Shown piece by piece: positions 45,841-59,200 of a DNA stretch of 64,000 nucleotides; positions within the stretch are counted from its first letter, which is position 1, and each line of letters starts with the position of its first letter. The stretch is from Chrysomallon squamiferum. Lineage: Eukaryota; Animalia; Mollusca. The stretch is from positions 20,460,001 to 20,524,000 of the forward strand of contig CM022671.1 of NCBI GenBank assembly GCA_012295275.1. Direction: 5' to 3'. The position numbers and the translations under genes were made by a program. The notes under the pieces are model-generated. The model made no database searches, was not told the origin of the DNA, and saw only the letters and a list, made by a program, of their open reading frames with translations.

Positions 45841-47493
45841 GTCTTCAAGATCTCTTCATATATATTTTTATATTTCATTAATTTTATTTATTACATATTT
45901 ATTTATTTTATGTATATTTCATTTTGATTTTTGCCAGTCTTTTAAAACATATAGATTTTGTACTTTAAATTGGCTAGTTTTTGTTGATGTGAGTAAAATA
46001 TTTTTGCACAAATAAATTTTCAAACAGTTTTGATTATTATGTAATTTGCTATTATTTTCATAAATTATAACAATTTACATGCACTTTTTAAATATTAAAC
46101 AAATTCGGTATAATATTATTTTTTTTTCTTAGGATTCATTAAATAGAAGCTATCAAGCTTATTTTCCCATTTTCTTTATTTCTCTGTAATTATCCAAGAC
46201 TCAGGATATTAATTAAATACTCCAGACATATATATTAAATAAGGTCTAGTTACTAATGCTGGTTCATTATAACCTTCAATCAGCAAGCAAATGGAACCTG
46301 TTCTTTCTTACGTTACAATTTCGGATTTCGAAGGTCTTGATTTATTTTTGATCACTATAATACCGATCGCGGCAAAATATCTTAAGATAAACTAAAAATG
46401 ATTTATTAAAATTACAGTGTTAGAATACTAGAATATTGTCATTTTTAAAATACATTCGCCTCTGTGAATCCCGTTAAAACAAGCTCCTACTTTGTCGTTC
46501 GTTTTATATTATAAACGGCTACCAAGTCAATAGCTACTCTTCTGGCGAGAAAAAAAAAAAAAAAAAAAAAAAAAAGCCAACTCAAAATCGATGACGTTTT
46601 GTGTGTTTCCGCTTGTTTTGACTCGTTAGGAAAAAGGTTTCTAAATTTTTGTTCAGTATAATTTGTGCAAATATTGGAATAAATTATAAATGTGTTAGGA
46701 AATATATATTTCATTTAAGTCTGTCTGGTCGAATCAGTTTTTTTATAAAGTTTAAATATAATACTAGGAATGAATCAACTTTAAATATTACCATTTTATA
46801 CATGTTCTGTCACGATTGTGAGTGTCACTGTTTTTGTTAGTAAGTTACTTTTGATATCGAGCAAGTTAACTTGTATCATTTCGTTCAGTTTGAACTTTTT
46901 GTATTTAATGGAATTTATAGTTAAATGTGTATAATTTAATTAATTCATATTTTATTAAAATGATGTAAAATAAATTGTGAAGTAAAAATCTACAACACTC
47001 TCGGTCAAAACGTGAACCAATACACAGACCAAATTTTTATGTTCAGTTATTATAATTTTTATATATTATAGTGAATTTGAATAGTTTCTTTTAAATTCGT
47101 TTTGAATAGTCTTTTCTGCCAACTTTTAATGTTGAAATTATTTATTTACTTTGGTTACTTGAAACTGGCAGTAGTGTGTCATCAAAATATGTAACTATTG
47201 TTTACATGATACTGAACATTAATTTATTAATTAAGCAGTTTAAATGCTCAGTAAATAAAAATTTAAAATCATTTATTTATTTTGAAATGACTGATACAGC
47301 TCTATTTGCATTATAGGAAAAGTAAGGGAACCAGATAAAACGTTTTTAAAAATTGCACTTATTTCATGTATATGAATTGCCAACTAATACTATCAGATAC
47401 AGTTATTTATAGCTTTAATCACTGATGTGTATGTTTATGTGTTTTTAATCTTTATTTTATTATACATTTTTTATTTTTCCCCTCCAGGTAATA

Positions 47494-48423
47494 ATGGATG
47501 GCAAATATTTAAGTATTCGATGCAAATGGAAATCAGGTCAGATGTATCTCAGTAATTTACCTTTGAACTCTAGTATTGGAAATCTCAAAGAACAGTTAAC
47601 TAGTATTACCAGCATTCCAAAAGAATTCATAAAAATTCGCCAAGGTTATCCACCTAAGGTTATAGATATAAGTGATGAATCACAGCCACTTTCATCCCTT
47701 CCATTTCGATCAGGAGATACTGTGATTGTGGAAGAGGACAGTGCAGTGGCAGCAGAACGTCAAAAATATGTTGACCAGGCTGTACAGTCACAGCTTCTGT
47801 CAGGTATTAAAGGGGTTCTCATTCGAAGGGTTGTTCCTGCTGATAATTCATGCTTGTTCACCAGCATCAATACACTGATGTCTGATGGGAAAGTGGACAC
47901 ATCTTGTGCTCAGGATATGAGAAAGCTGATTGCCAGAATTGTGATGAGTGACCCTAAAACATACAATGATGCTTTTCTTGGTAAACCAAATGACAAATAT
48001 TGTCAGTGGATACAGAAACCTGATTCTTGGGGTGGTGGAATTGAATTGTCCATTCTCAGCAGTTATTTTAAGATTGAAATTGACATCGTTGATACACAAA
48101 CTGGCAGGATTGACAGATTTGGGGAAGACAAGTACTACAAAGAACGAATTCTGCTGATTTATAATGGAATACATTATGATCCATTAGTTATGGAACCTGT
48201 GGATTCATCACGACAAATAGAATACAAATTTTCTACATCTGATGAATCTATCCTGGCTCAGGCTATGGAACTTGCATCAGAGGCCAAAGAATCCCATCAG
48301 TATACAGATGTTTGTAACTTCACACTGAGATGTCTCATTTGTCAGAAACCTCTTAATGGGACCACTGAAGCTGAACTGCATGCTAAAAAAACAGGTCATA
48401 TTAATTTTGGAGAATATGTTTAG
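47494..48423 (+). CDS. YOD1: Ubiquitin thioesterase OTU1/YOD1
   Basis: 309-aa ORF: ubiquitin-like N-terminus (GYPPK), OTU catalytic VPADNSCLF, WGGGIEL, YNGIHYD, and C-terminal C2H2 finger LRCLIC..HAKKTGHINFGEY. A 5'-UTR acceptor (ttttcccctccag) ends at 47487. Confidence 0.96.
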   Translation: MDGKYLSIRCKWKSGQMYLSNLPLNSSIGNLKEQLTSITSIPKEFIKIRQGYPPKVIDISDESQPLSSLPFRSGDTVIVEEDSAVAAERQKYVDQAVQSQLLSGIKGVLIRRVVPADNSCLFTSINTLMSDGKVDTSCAQDMRKLIARIVMSDPKTYNDAFLGKPNDKYCQWIQKPDSWGGGIELSILSSYFKIEIDIVDTQTGRIDRFGEDKYYKERILLIYNGIHYDPLVMEPVDSSRQIEYKFSTSDESILAQAMELASEAKESHQYTDVCNFTLRCLICQKPLNGTTEAELHAKKTGHINFGEYV

Positions 48424-51197
48424 ACTGGAGTTGTAACTTTTTTTTTTTTTTTTTTTTTTTAAAGTTACTGAAAATAAAATAAAATAATAGATCCAGTATT
48501 ATTCATTGTTTTATATTGTCTATATCTTATACATACATATATTTATATATATAATAGAAATTACATTTATTTTTTGTGGCTTTTTTTTTTTTTGTGTGTG
48601 GAGTCCAGTGTTGAATTTAGATTGAATATAACAAGAAAAAAGTGTCTAACAAAATCAAATGAAGAAAGTTTTTAGTGAGACTTAGATATGTGGAGTTTTT
48701 TCTCCAGAATACTGAATGCTATTTATTATTTTTTATTTCTCTTTTGTACTCAGCACTTTACTCATATTTATGAAATAAAATTTTGAAAACATGATTATGT
48801 TTTTTTTTGTTATTGTTTTTGGATTGTTTTTTATACAATCATCTGATATGTGGTAGCATGACCAATATTTTCAACAATGAAGAAGTATTGGTTATAGTTC
48901 ATTAATAATTCTTGTAACTCAAACACTGGGCAACAGTACTGTTAGAATTTTTTATTATACCCCTGATCCAGTGAAGAATACATTTTTGTGTAATTGAAAT
49001 TTTGAATATTGAAGTGTTTTTATAGCTGGAAAAAAGGGAACAAACTATCTGGCCAACTTTTAAGCAATAAAGTAAATAAATTTAAAAAAGAAATTCAAAA
49101 AAAAAAAAAAACATTTCAAAATGACATTCATCTAAATAACCTATTAACCAAACAATACTGTTATATATATTTTTTAATTTGCTGATCAGATGTTCATTAT
49201 TTAAACATATCGGAATATTTGATTCAATTTGACAATTGATATTTACAGGGTTCTATATTTGTTACATGTTTCTTGTAATAAGATACTATTTTCAAGTTAA
49301 CTTTTATGTATTTTATGTAATGTAGGTATATGTATGTAGATCAACAGATGTGTGTGTCTATCACACACACAAACACACAGGTATTGAAAACTCGTTTTAT
49401 TGTGTGAATTTATTATAATTTATTATAACTGCTTAAAAGGTCATCAGAAATGCAACTTAGTAGAAAAACAACAACAAAAAACGTTTAACATTCAGTATTA
49501 AGTGGATTAATAAGGATCAAATACACTGTTTTAGATGTGTATTAATCAGTATCTTATACAATTTTGTTTTTCACTTTTTATTGTTTATTTTATATTTTAA
49601 ATATATATTTAAACCAAAACTGAGTTCAGAAATGGGAAATTTCCGAATCCGGCTCACATCCGGGCCCAAGCTTGCCGGATAAATGGTCTGGTACCAGTAT
49701 AACACACACACACACACACACGTCAAAACATAAACATATATACAAACACATACGTTTATATTATCACCCCTTCATAACAAGTCGAGACAAAATCGCCTAG
49801 ACGGTATACTAATGATAAAGTTCTTTCGACACTAGAAGAAACCAAAATCAAATTACGTATGTATACACTATAATACAGTATAATATATTTAATATCATCA
49901 AAGGTAGCCTACACTTTAACATTTAAGATAAATGTATTTTATCGCAGTGCATGGTAACTGAGATGCCGCACGTTTAGCTAGACTGTTTGCAAAGCAGGCG
50001 TGTAATTTTTTTTTTTCTTTTATCTCTCTCTCACGTGAATTGTGAATTGCAATGTGATCTCATTAACATCAACCCAATCAGCGATCAGTACTAGTCACTA
50101 AATGGTAATGTTGTAATATCTGTGCCCGACCACGTGTTTACTAGTTCGTACCATTCAACATTTTGCCAGTTGTTAAAGGGGGGTTAAATGCTTCACCCAA
50201 ACAAAACTTTTAAATGGCGCGAAGAAGCAGATACAGAGTGCGTTTCGATTACTCTGAGTAGTTCGTATCGCTGACTGCCTAATGTTAATAAATTATTCAC
50301 TAATATCCGCAACTCATGGGAAGAAAAGAAAGGAAAAACAACAACCACAAACAAACAAACAAAAATTCACTCTGTTAATATCAGCACCCTAGCTGATAAT
50401 GTTTTGTCAGTTGTTTTTCACTTTTTTCACCAATCATGAAATCTTCGTATTACATTTATTAACTTTTTTTACTTGAGTAAATTTTCAAACAGATGATTTA
50501 GTGTTCATTACTAGCCGGTACCCTTTCGAATTTTTGACAGTGTAGTATATTATAATTTTATCCGAGACTCATGCGACTTTTCTTATACCATGATGTTAAT
50601 TCATTTAAGGTTGATGTTGCTTAACTTGTATTTAATCGAAACTGATCTAAGTTTAATTACATAAAATATTTTATTTAATAAACAATCGACAAACGGGGGT
50701 GGGGGAAATGTTGTATTCTCAAAATTAATTTAAAAAATAAATAAATAAATAAATAAATAAATAAATAGAAAAGAAGAAGACCTAAAACATTATATTTGAA
50801 CATTTAGGTCTTGGTCATATACAAGCTGACTGGCGTGTGTTCCTTTTTCTCTGTGGGCACTTGACAGATTTAATTATTTGTGTTACAAGGAGAAGTGACG
50901 TCATTTTGATATTTGTTTTTTTTATATACATACTGAAGTTAACTGATAATAAATATTTGATTGTTTCCGATAATCATTTAAGTATCAGTATTTGCAATAA
51001 AATGTGTATTAATCGTTCTAACCTATTCCGTTTTAAGCTGTCCAGTAGTACACTGCAACAGAGAACCCTATAGAGCCAATGGATTTATCGTTACCATAGT
51101 GCGCATAGTGGTTTCGGCAGCGTCACGTGATTAGTTTCCCGTCATCGTATGTGATATAACAAAAGTATTATCTGAAATCGTTTTAAACAAAAAGAAA

Positions 51198-53383
51198 ATG
51201 AATGAAAAGTTAGACTTTGCCGATGCTGTTTTGTTGCTGACAAAAGCAGCAAAATCATTCATAAGATGTAAAAATCATAACTTGTTGTAAGTAGTCACTG
51301 CAGATTTCTAAAACACGATCGTAATTATGGTAGCTATTTCTAAATTATATATTTTTTGACGGTTTCAAAAAAAAACAAAAAAAAAAAAAAAAAAAAAAAA
51401 ACCAACAACAACAACAACAACAACAATAATAATAATAATAAATTAAATTAAATTTAAACGGCATTGCAACGTGTGTGTCATAGAAAATTAATATTTTACA
51501 AATGAATTCAGATTATTTTAATTATTAAAATATTTCTGCTTGTCTATATATGTATATTTTGCTATACTGACAAAACATTTTCCATTGCACCATTAGATAA
51601 CAGTAAAAATTTAAAAATGGAAAAAAAAAAAAAAGAATGATGTAGCAAAATAGTTTCATGTATTACTTTAGAGTATGCAAGCTGTCAAATAATAATAATA
51701 ATAATAAATTAAATTAAATTTAAACGGCATTGCAACGTGTGTGTCATAGAAAATTAATATTTTACAAATGAATTCAGATTATTTTAATTATTAAAATATT
51801 TCTGCTTGTAATATATATGTATATTTTGCTATACTGACAAAACATTTTCCATTGCACATTAGATAAAGTAAAAATTTAAAAATTAGCAAAATAGTTTCAT
51901 GTATTACTTTATAGTAAAGCTGTCAAATATTTAATTAAAGCAATTTTCAAGTGAAATTGTAATGCTATTCACGATAAGCAGTTCTAAAAATCATTGTTTA
52001 ACAAGAAACATACATTAATATGTATAATTAATTATAATGGTAATATCAAGGTGGGTTTAATAAATGGTGCAAACAGCCACTGTTACTAATGTCCATCTGA
52101 TTAAATTAGACACAGAGAAGGAGAAATACATATCGCAATTTATTTTTCATGGCTATATTTTAACAAAATGTATCATTTATAAATGAGTCCTTATCACTTC
52201 TAGCCAGTTAAACTGGTCATGAAGTATTCTTTTTGTTTGTTTGTTTTGCTTTTGTTTCCTTTATAGCATTCCTATAAACAGTATGTGCAAAAGTTTTCAA
52301 ATTCCTTTTAATCAAAATCAGATTATATTTAATTAAATCAAATTTAAAACTTTCAAAATTGGATAATCTTTTACTCCCTATTCTTGTGATCCTCAGCCAT
52401 TTACCTCTCTGATCAGTTAGCTCATCTGGTCCACACAGAATTCAGTATTTTAATTTTTTCACTGCATAATTAAATTTCATAGTCATTTCCATAATGAGTT
52501 TAATTATCAATAAAAAAAAAAAATTACAATTCATATTTTCTGCTTCTGAGCTGATGTGATGTTTGGGAGTCCCTGGGGCTGTGTCTGCTTTGTGCAGCAT
52601 AACAAAAACTTTTCTTAAGGCACTGAGGTAAATCTTTTTTAATCAGTTAACAATAGTACATTTGTGAGTACATATACCTGGTTGTAGCAAGGAAAGGGTT
52701 GACAGATGCACTTTAGAAGTATAAAACTATTTTACAAGGGGACAAAAACAAACCAGCGGGGTAAATGATCCAAGAGGCAGACTGGATCCTAATGAGTGTT
52801 GGTGCCAAAATATTGTAAGACATGATTATTGCCAAAATAAGTACAAAATGAAAAAAAAGTACATGTTCTTGATCAATAATTAACAAATAAGAAAAAAATT
52901 AAAAATTATTTATTTTTGACTTCTAACAGCAGCATTATTTAATTTAACAGAGTGACTTTGAGTTATTATACATACATACATCAATTTTTTTCTTCCATTC
53001 ATCCATCTAACCATCCATCATTTATTCATACATTTTTTTTTATATATAACATAATATATTTGCTAATTACATATTTGCTAACGTAAAGCAAGAAGTAATT
53101 GTTACATTTTATTACCATAAAGTTTGCTGTTGTCATGAATGGAACAGACATTATTATGGATGTGTAGTAATAAAAAATTAGGTTTTTTGTTTTAAATAAT
53201 AGCTATTAATTTTTCTTTGTTAGCCAATGTGAGGTATGTCATCCATATAATGTTACAAAGAAGACAGAAGAACAATATTCTGAACAAGTAATATCAATAT
53301 TATCAGATGTTGATAAACGCCGGACAAACTTTCAAAGTAAATATGCTGAAAATACAAATGAAAGAAAGAGGCGAAAATCATAT
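51198..53383 (+). CDS. First two coding exons of an unidentified gene (51198-51286, 53224-53383)
   Basis: ATG exon with GTAAGT donor (phase 2) joins in frame to an exon with a tttctttgttag acceptor and GTAAGT donor: MNEKLDFADAVLLLTKAAKSFIRCKNHNLFQCEVCHPYNVTKKTEEQYSEQVISILSDVDKRRTNFQSKYAENTNERKRRKSY. CpG-rich patch upstream. Confidence 0.6.
51424..51929. repeat. Recent ~250-265-bp tandem duplication
   Basis: Two near-identical copies starting (aat)n-aaattaaattaaatttaaacggcattgcaacg at ~51424 and ~51689. Confidence 0.9.
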
Positions 53384-54121
53384 GTAAGTTATATAAAAAA
53401 AACTTTTATATTAAAGATTTTTATGTAAGCTTCTTTTTGTTCTAATATGTGCTGAAAATTATGTATCTAAAGCACTGATCTATTTTTTCAAATTTCTCTG
53501 ATCTTTCTGACAAACAATGGAGGTAATGGCCTTATGTAAATGCTCTGTTCAGATACATGATATACTTTCTTGATACTGATGGTTCAGAACCCCCTTTAAA
53601 GCACACAAAACAAGCATTTGGCTTTTGAAATCATTTAATTTAATTATTATTTTATTTAATAATTTGCTTTTATTGACAGAGTCTGTACTAAAAATCTTGT
53701 GCCATCTATAATAATGTATTTCATGCAGTCATCTAACAGATACAAAATGAATATACATTATTATTATTATTATTTAATTATTATGTATCCAAGATAAAGA
53801 AAAATACATATATTATTCTTGTTGAGTAAATTCAACAGTTACTGTAAAGACTGAGTCAGAGTTATTTCATGCTTGGCCATTATATTTATTTAATAATTCC
53901 TTTCTGAAACAAAACTTTCATTAAATTATGTAAACAGCTAGGGCTACATTTAAATTATATTAAATATGTTATTTTATCTTGGTGATATATCTGCTTGTAA
54001 TCCTAATACTAATACTGAATTGTAATTTAAATCATTTCTGTAGGTTGCTGGTCATTTATGTTTTATCTTGTTCTAATTGTTGCCTTCAATCAGTTTATCA
54101 AAGGCATGGTGCACTTTAATT

Positions 54122-54176
<55 letters not shown>

Positions 54177-55326
54177 GTACAGGCAAAAAATAGCTAAAAG
54201 TATGATGACAAGAGGTTTGCTCTTTTATAGCATTATAAATACATGTTTGATCCCTAATATATATTAATCTTTTTAAAAAATCCTTAGAATGTTGAGATAG
54301 CATTAAAAGAATATTAATTTACTTTTCCTTTGGAAAAAAAAAAAAAAAAAAGATTTTTAATTTGGGGTAGTTTTATTTATTTATTTATTATTATTTTTTA
54401 ATGTGTTTAAAAGCTGTTTATCAGTGAATTTTAACAAACTATTTAATGTGAATACCTTATGTCATTCAGTAACCACATGGTTACCTAAGTGTTCGCTATT
54501 TTGAAACCATTCAGGTTATTTGGTTCCATTATAACTGAATAATGTTCACAAGTGGCAAATAACTTTATTAACTGAGTCTGTTTTTGTATGTGTTACTGAT
54601 GGTTGTGTCCCTTTAGCTATGTTTGCTGAATGTTTTTACTTATGTTGGTTAATTAATTAATTTATTTATTTTATTTATTTATTTTATATATATATTTGAA
54701 GAGTATTTGAATATTTTGAAATTTATATTTTTTTCAGGTAGGAAATTACATTATATGTAGATCCATAAGTATTTTACATTAATTAATTAATTATTTATTT
54801 TTTTTTTTTTTTTTAAATAATTTTTTGAAGGGTTATGGTGAGGATTAAATTGTTTTAGCTTATTAAAACCATTTTTTTAATTTAATTTTATATTTTTATA
54901 AAATTACAGAAATGACATGAACATTGACTTTATCATTAGTGATTTGTCATAACTATTGAAATTTTTTAATTTATATTTTTTTAATTATTTTTTGCCACTT
55001 ACATTTGACTATTTCTGTTGTTAAGAAATACTGCATTGCAAACAGATGGATAATTGGCTTATAAATGAATGTAGATATAATTTTATTTTTTCTGTTAATT
55101 TACTAATGCATGTAACAATATATCCACACAGAGACAGATACACAGCACACACTCACATAATCATATACAGACTCACAAATACAATCTCCATTTCTCAAAA
55201 AATAAAAAGTTTAAAGACAAAAACTCACACCCACACACACACACATATACACTCACATATAATATACACATACAGATACAAGCAGCTTTACACACACATA
55301 CACACACACGAACATACATGTATATC

Positions 55327-55357
<31 letters not shown>

Positions 55358-56219
55358 ATACAAACATACATCCAGGCCTCTATTAGCACTTGAACAAATA
55401 TAAGACACCTTCATTAATGTTGTAATCTGACTGCCCTTGCTGAACAAGAAATGAACGTAATTGCAACTCCAGTGTTGCTGGGATGTATGAAGGCAGTTAT
55501 GTAAAAAAAAATTCCTATGTTGAGCTCATAAATTGATTTTTCTTTAGTTGTCAGGTAATTGCAGTGTTTCACTAGCACCCAGCTATGGAAATGTTCAAGT
55601 GTGAGCAACTCACAGACGATAACTGTAACACGCAATCTTAAAATGTCTCACATCCGTTCATGCAATGGATACAGACAATTAATGGAATTAAGATCTAAAA
55701 GCTATAAATATTAAATGAAATGCTACTTGATCTGTCGAAGTAATTCTTTAGCTGATATTAATGTGTGGGTTTTTTTTTTTTTTTTTTCTCCTCTTACTTT
55801 TTAATTTTGTAAAACTTCAATATTATTTTATACCGGATGAAAAGATTTTAATTATATATTTGTTTCTGAAAAAAAAGAAGAAAAAATCAAATCTATTACA
55901 TATAATCATATTGTGTGATTTTCTCTTTTGTTTTCTTCTTTGGCACAGGAGACCCAGCTTATTTTTCAAGAACTCTGGTACTATTTAACAATGACAAATG
56001 TTTTTTTTCTACAGATTAAAAAAATATTGTATTAATGTTAATTTTTAAACAAAATGAAAACAGATTTATAATGTATAATGCAGTTTTGTTTATTTGGTTT
56101 TAAATAAAATACCACCAGGTGGAAATTGATCATGTTTACAGAAGGTTCCTTCATGCTAACAAAACTATTTTCTTCATGAAATGTGTTTTATTTAAGGAAT
56201 TCCTTTTTGAGTAAGGTGG

Positions 56220-56253
<34 letters not shown>

Positions 56254-59200
56254 CACAAAAGTATATGATATGCTTGATTAGATAAATAATACAGATTTAT
56301 AGCTTAGGCATTAGCTTACTGAAACACAAAGCTTCTGAGCCCACTGAAAATATAGCAGCACTTTGGCAGCAACATTATTTACATGATTTTGTATTATTCT
56401 GGTGTGTATTTAAATATTAATTCTCTGAATGTTCATTAAATCTTTTTTGCACACCCCATCTAGTCATTTCACAGCATAAATTATTTGAAATTAAATGTAT
56501 TACAAATCATTATGAACTGTATAACTATCTAATAATAATAAATGAACATAAAATAAATAAAAATTCTTTTTTGACTGATGCATAGCATTGCATTCTTGTT
56601 CACAACAGGAAATAATAATTGATGGTTTTCATTTATCATAGCATAGACTGACTTCCCATCATAAGGTGTTAACCAGCTTTTCACCTATGCTTGCACTGGT
56701 TTAACCTGAGCTCAGGCATTGACCAGCTAAATGATCCTGGAGACCCAACCTTACCTGGTAATTGTATGGAGTAGGTATACACATATTGAGTCTACACAGG
56801 CATTGATTTTCATTGTTGATCAAATTGCAGATTACAGTCAGAGCAATTGAGACCCTGATAATGGCGAGGCTCAATGTTTGCTTGGCTAGCAGATATTTCT
56901 GGCAGTCTGGTGCTGTGCGAAACTGGTCTGTCGACAAGCTTTCAATGACATCAATATCATCATTGAAAAGACACACAATTGCTAAATTATTTTACCTGAA
57001 TGGTGTTGGAAAACTGACAAGCATAAATTGTTGCTTTGTTACCATGACAATCTGTCAATAAATTGAGCATGATTAAAAAGGTTCTGAAGACCATAGAAAT
57101 TTGCATGGTTTAGATGGGCTATAGAAATTCTCGTATTAAATGATACGCACAAACCTCGTCATGTATTGACTTATTGGATTTGCACAGTGCTAAGCAGTTT
57201 GTTATAGTGTTCTTTAATTAACTTCTCATGTGCTTGTGAACTGCTCTAATGGCCATGGTTAAGATTTTGGTTTACATTTTGATATGAACTTATATTTTCT
57301 AACAGAAAAATTGTAATTTTTGGTAAAAAAAAATCAATTTGGTTTCTTTGGAACTATTAAATAACTTCTTTTGAATAATCTAAACACAGTAATTTAAAAA
57401 AATAAAAATAAAGTAGCACTGTTTGTTCAAGAATATGTGAACACAAATTCTGTTTCAGGTATAAAATATAAAACAAATAAAATAAAAATAAAAATTAAGA
57501 TTTTACTTTAAGTGAGGGATCAAATGATGATAAGATATGGTTAATTAATGTGTGATTATTGGCTGGATGGAATCTGTTGACACTTTAATCTCAAATGTAA
57601 GTGTAAAGTGATGGATGGGTAGGAGATATATTTATATACACTTTATTAAATCTTGTATTTCTTGACCATTACAACCTATAAAAAAAAAAAAAAAAAAAAA
57701 AAATTATTGGAAAAAAAAAAAAAAAAAATTATTATTAAAGGAACTAACGTGTCATAATTAAAAGCACCTACTCATTGTTGGAACTGAAATATTGAGAAAT
57801 AACAGCCATTACATATTTTTCAAATAGCTGTCCTGGTATTTAAATATATATTTTTATACTAATGAAAAAATTTAACCCATTGTGTATAATATGCTCCTGT
57901 CTCCCCCAAAAAAAAAAACACAACCTCCCCCCAAAACAACACATCCCCACCCCAAAGGTAAGAAAATAGAATTTTAAAAATTAATTTTTGCTTGTATACA
58001 TTCATGTACATGTACATTTGCGTACTTATTCATTTATACATTCACACCCTCACATAAATACACCTGTAGGCACGCATATACACACATGCACAGATGTAAA
58101 CAGCATATTGAAAAAAAAAAAATCACTATTTATAATATTTTATAACCTAGTTACATGCTTTCATTCAGCTTTCAAAAGCTCTACACATATTTCAATAAGC
58201 TATTAATGATTAATACACTGTGACAGCTACAATGTACGCTGACAGAAAAATAAGCCTGTTTTGCATGATTGAAAATGTTTTCTTCTGTTGACATGAAAAA
58301 CTGTATTGTTATTTCTTTGCCTGTCACTGGCATGAGACTGTGGTTTGTGAACTATGGCCGTTCTCAGTCAGTGGTCACTCAATACTGGTGAATAGTGAAT
58401 ACAACACCCAGTGACTGGAGCTGAACTGTGCAGATAATTAAAGGCCGGCAGTGACCTAACGGATTCAGCTTGGCAGCCAGGTTTCTCTCTGCATAGCCAC
58501 GAGGTTTTGTCATCTCTATCATGGGAGATAATACCTTGTGGACTGCATGCTTGTTCTGATTGGCATTTATGTACTTACCGCTCAAGTCAACAATAGCATT
58601 AATGTTTAGCTGGTCACAGTTTTCTAATCGGCTGTTGCGGGCACAATCGTTTCAACACATAAGCCGAAGAAGGTAAGTCGTGCTTTTAGTTTTTCTGGTC
58701 AGTGTTTGTATTGTAATGTCTTCAGATCTCTTATTTGTTAGTTTTTCATTCTTCCACATACCTACACACAACCGATGCATGTTTAATTTGAAAAAAAATG
58801 TGATTAATTTCTAACGGGATATTTTTGAAAAGCAGTTTATACATTATATACTGTGTTTCAGTCTATATGAGAGGTTTTGCAGGTGATGTGGTTAATTGGT
58901 TTTTAAGTCTATATTTGTGACAGCAGTGTGTTTTGTTGGAGATATTTTTGTTTCGTGTTAAATGTCCTTGTTTTTCTCTCTTCATTGTTATATTGTTGCT
59001 GTTGGTGATTTGTCAGTCCTGGTTAGTTTACTTCTCTATCCAGCTGTCTGTCTATGTTAATTTTCTAGTCCTTCTGTGTCTTATTCTTCTGTTTTTTCTG
59101 TTCATCCATGAAACATCTCTTTCTGTGCACCCTTCCATGCATGTGTCCATTCATCCCTTTATTAAATATGTCTAGACTATCCATCCACTTTCTGGCAATC

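Noticed and set aside
47848-48174. Antisense and alternate-frame ORFs within YOD1
   Set aside because: Shadows of the real CDS.
54058-55447. HT/VC-repeat ORFs
   Set aside because: Translations of (CA)n/(TG)n microsatellites.
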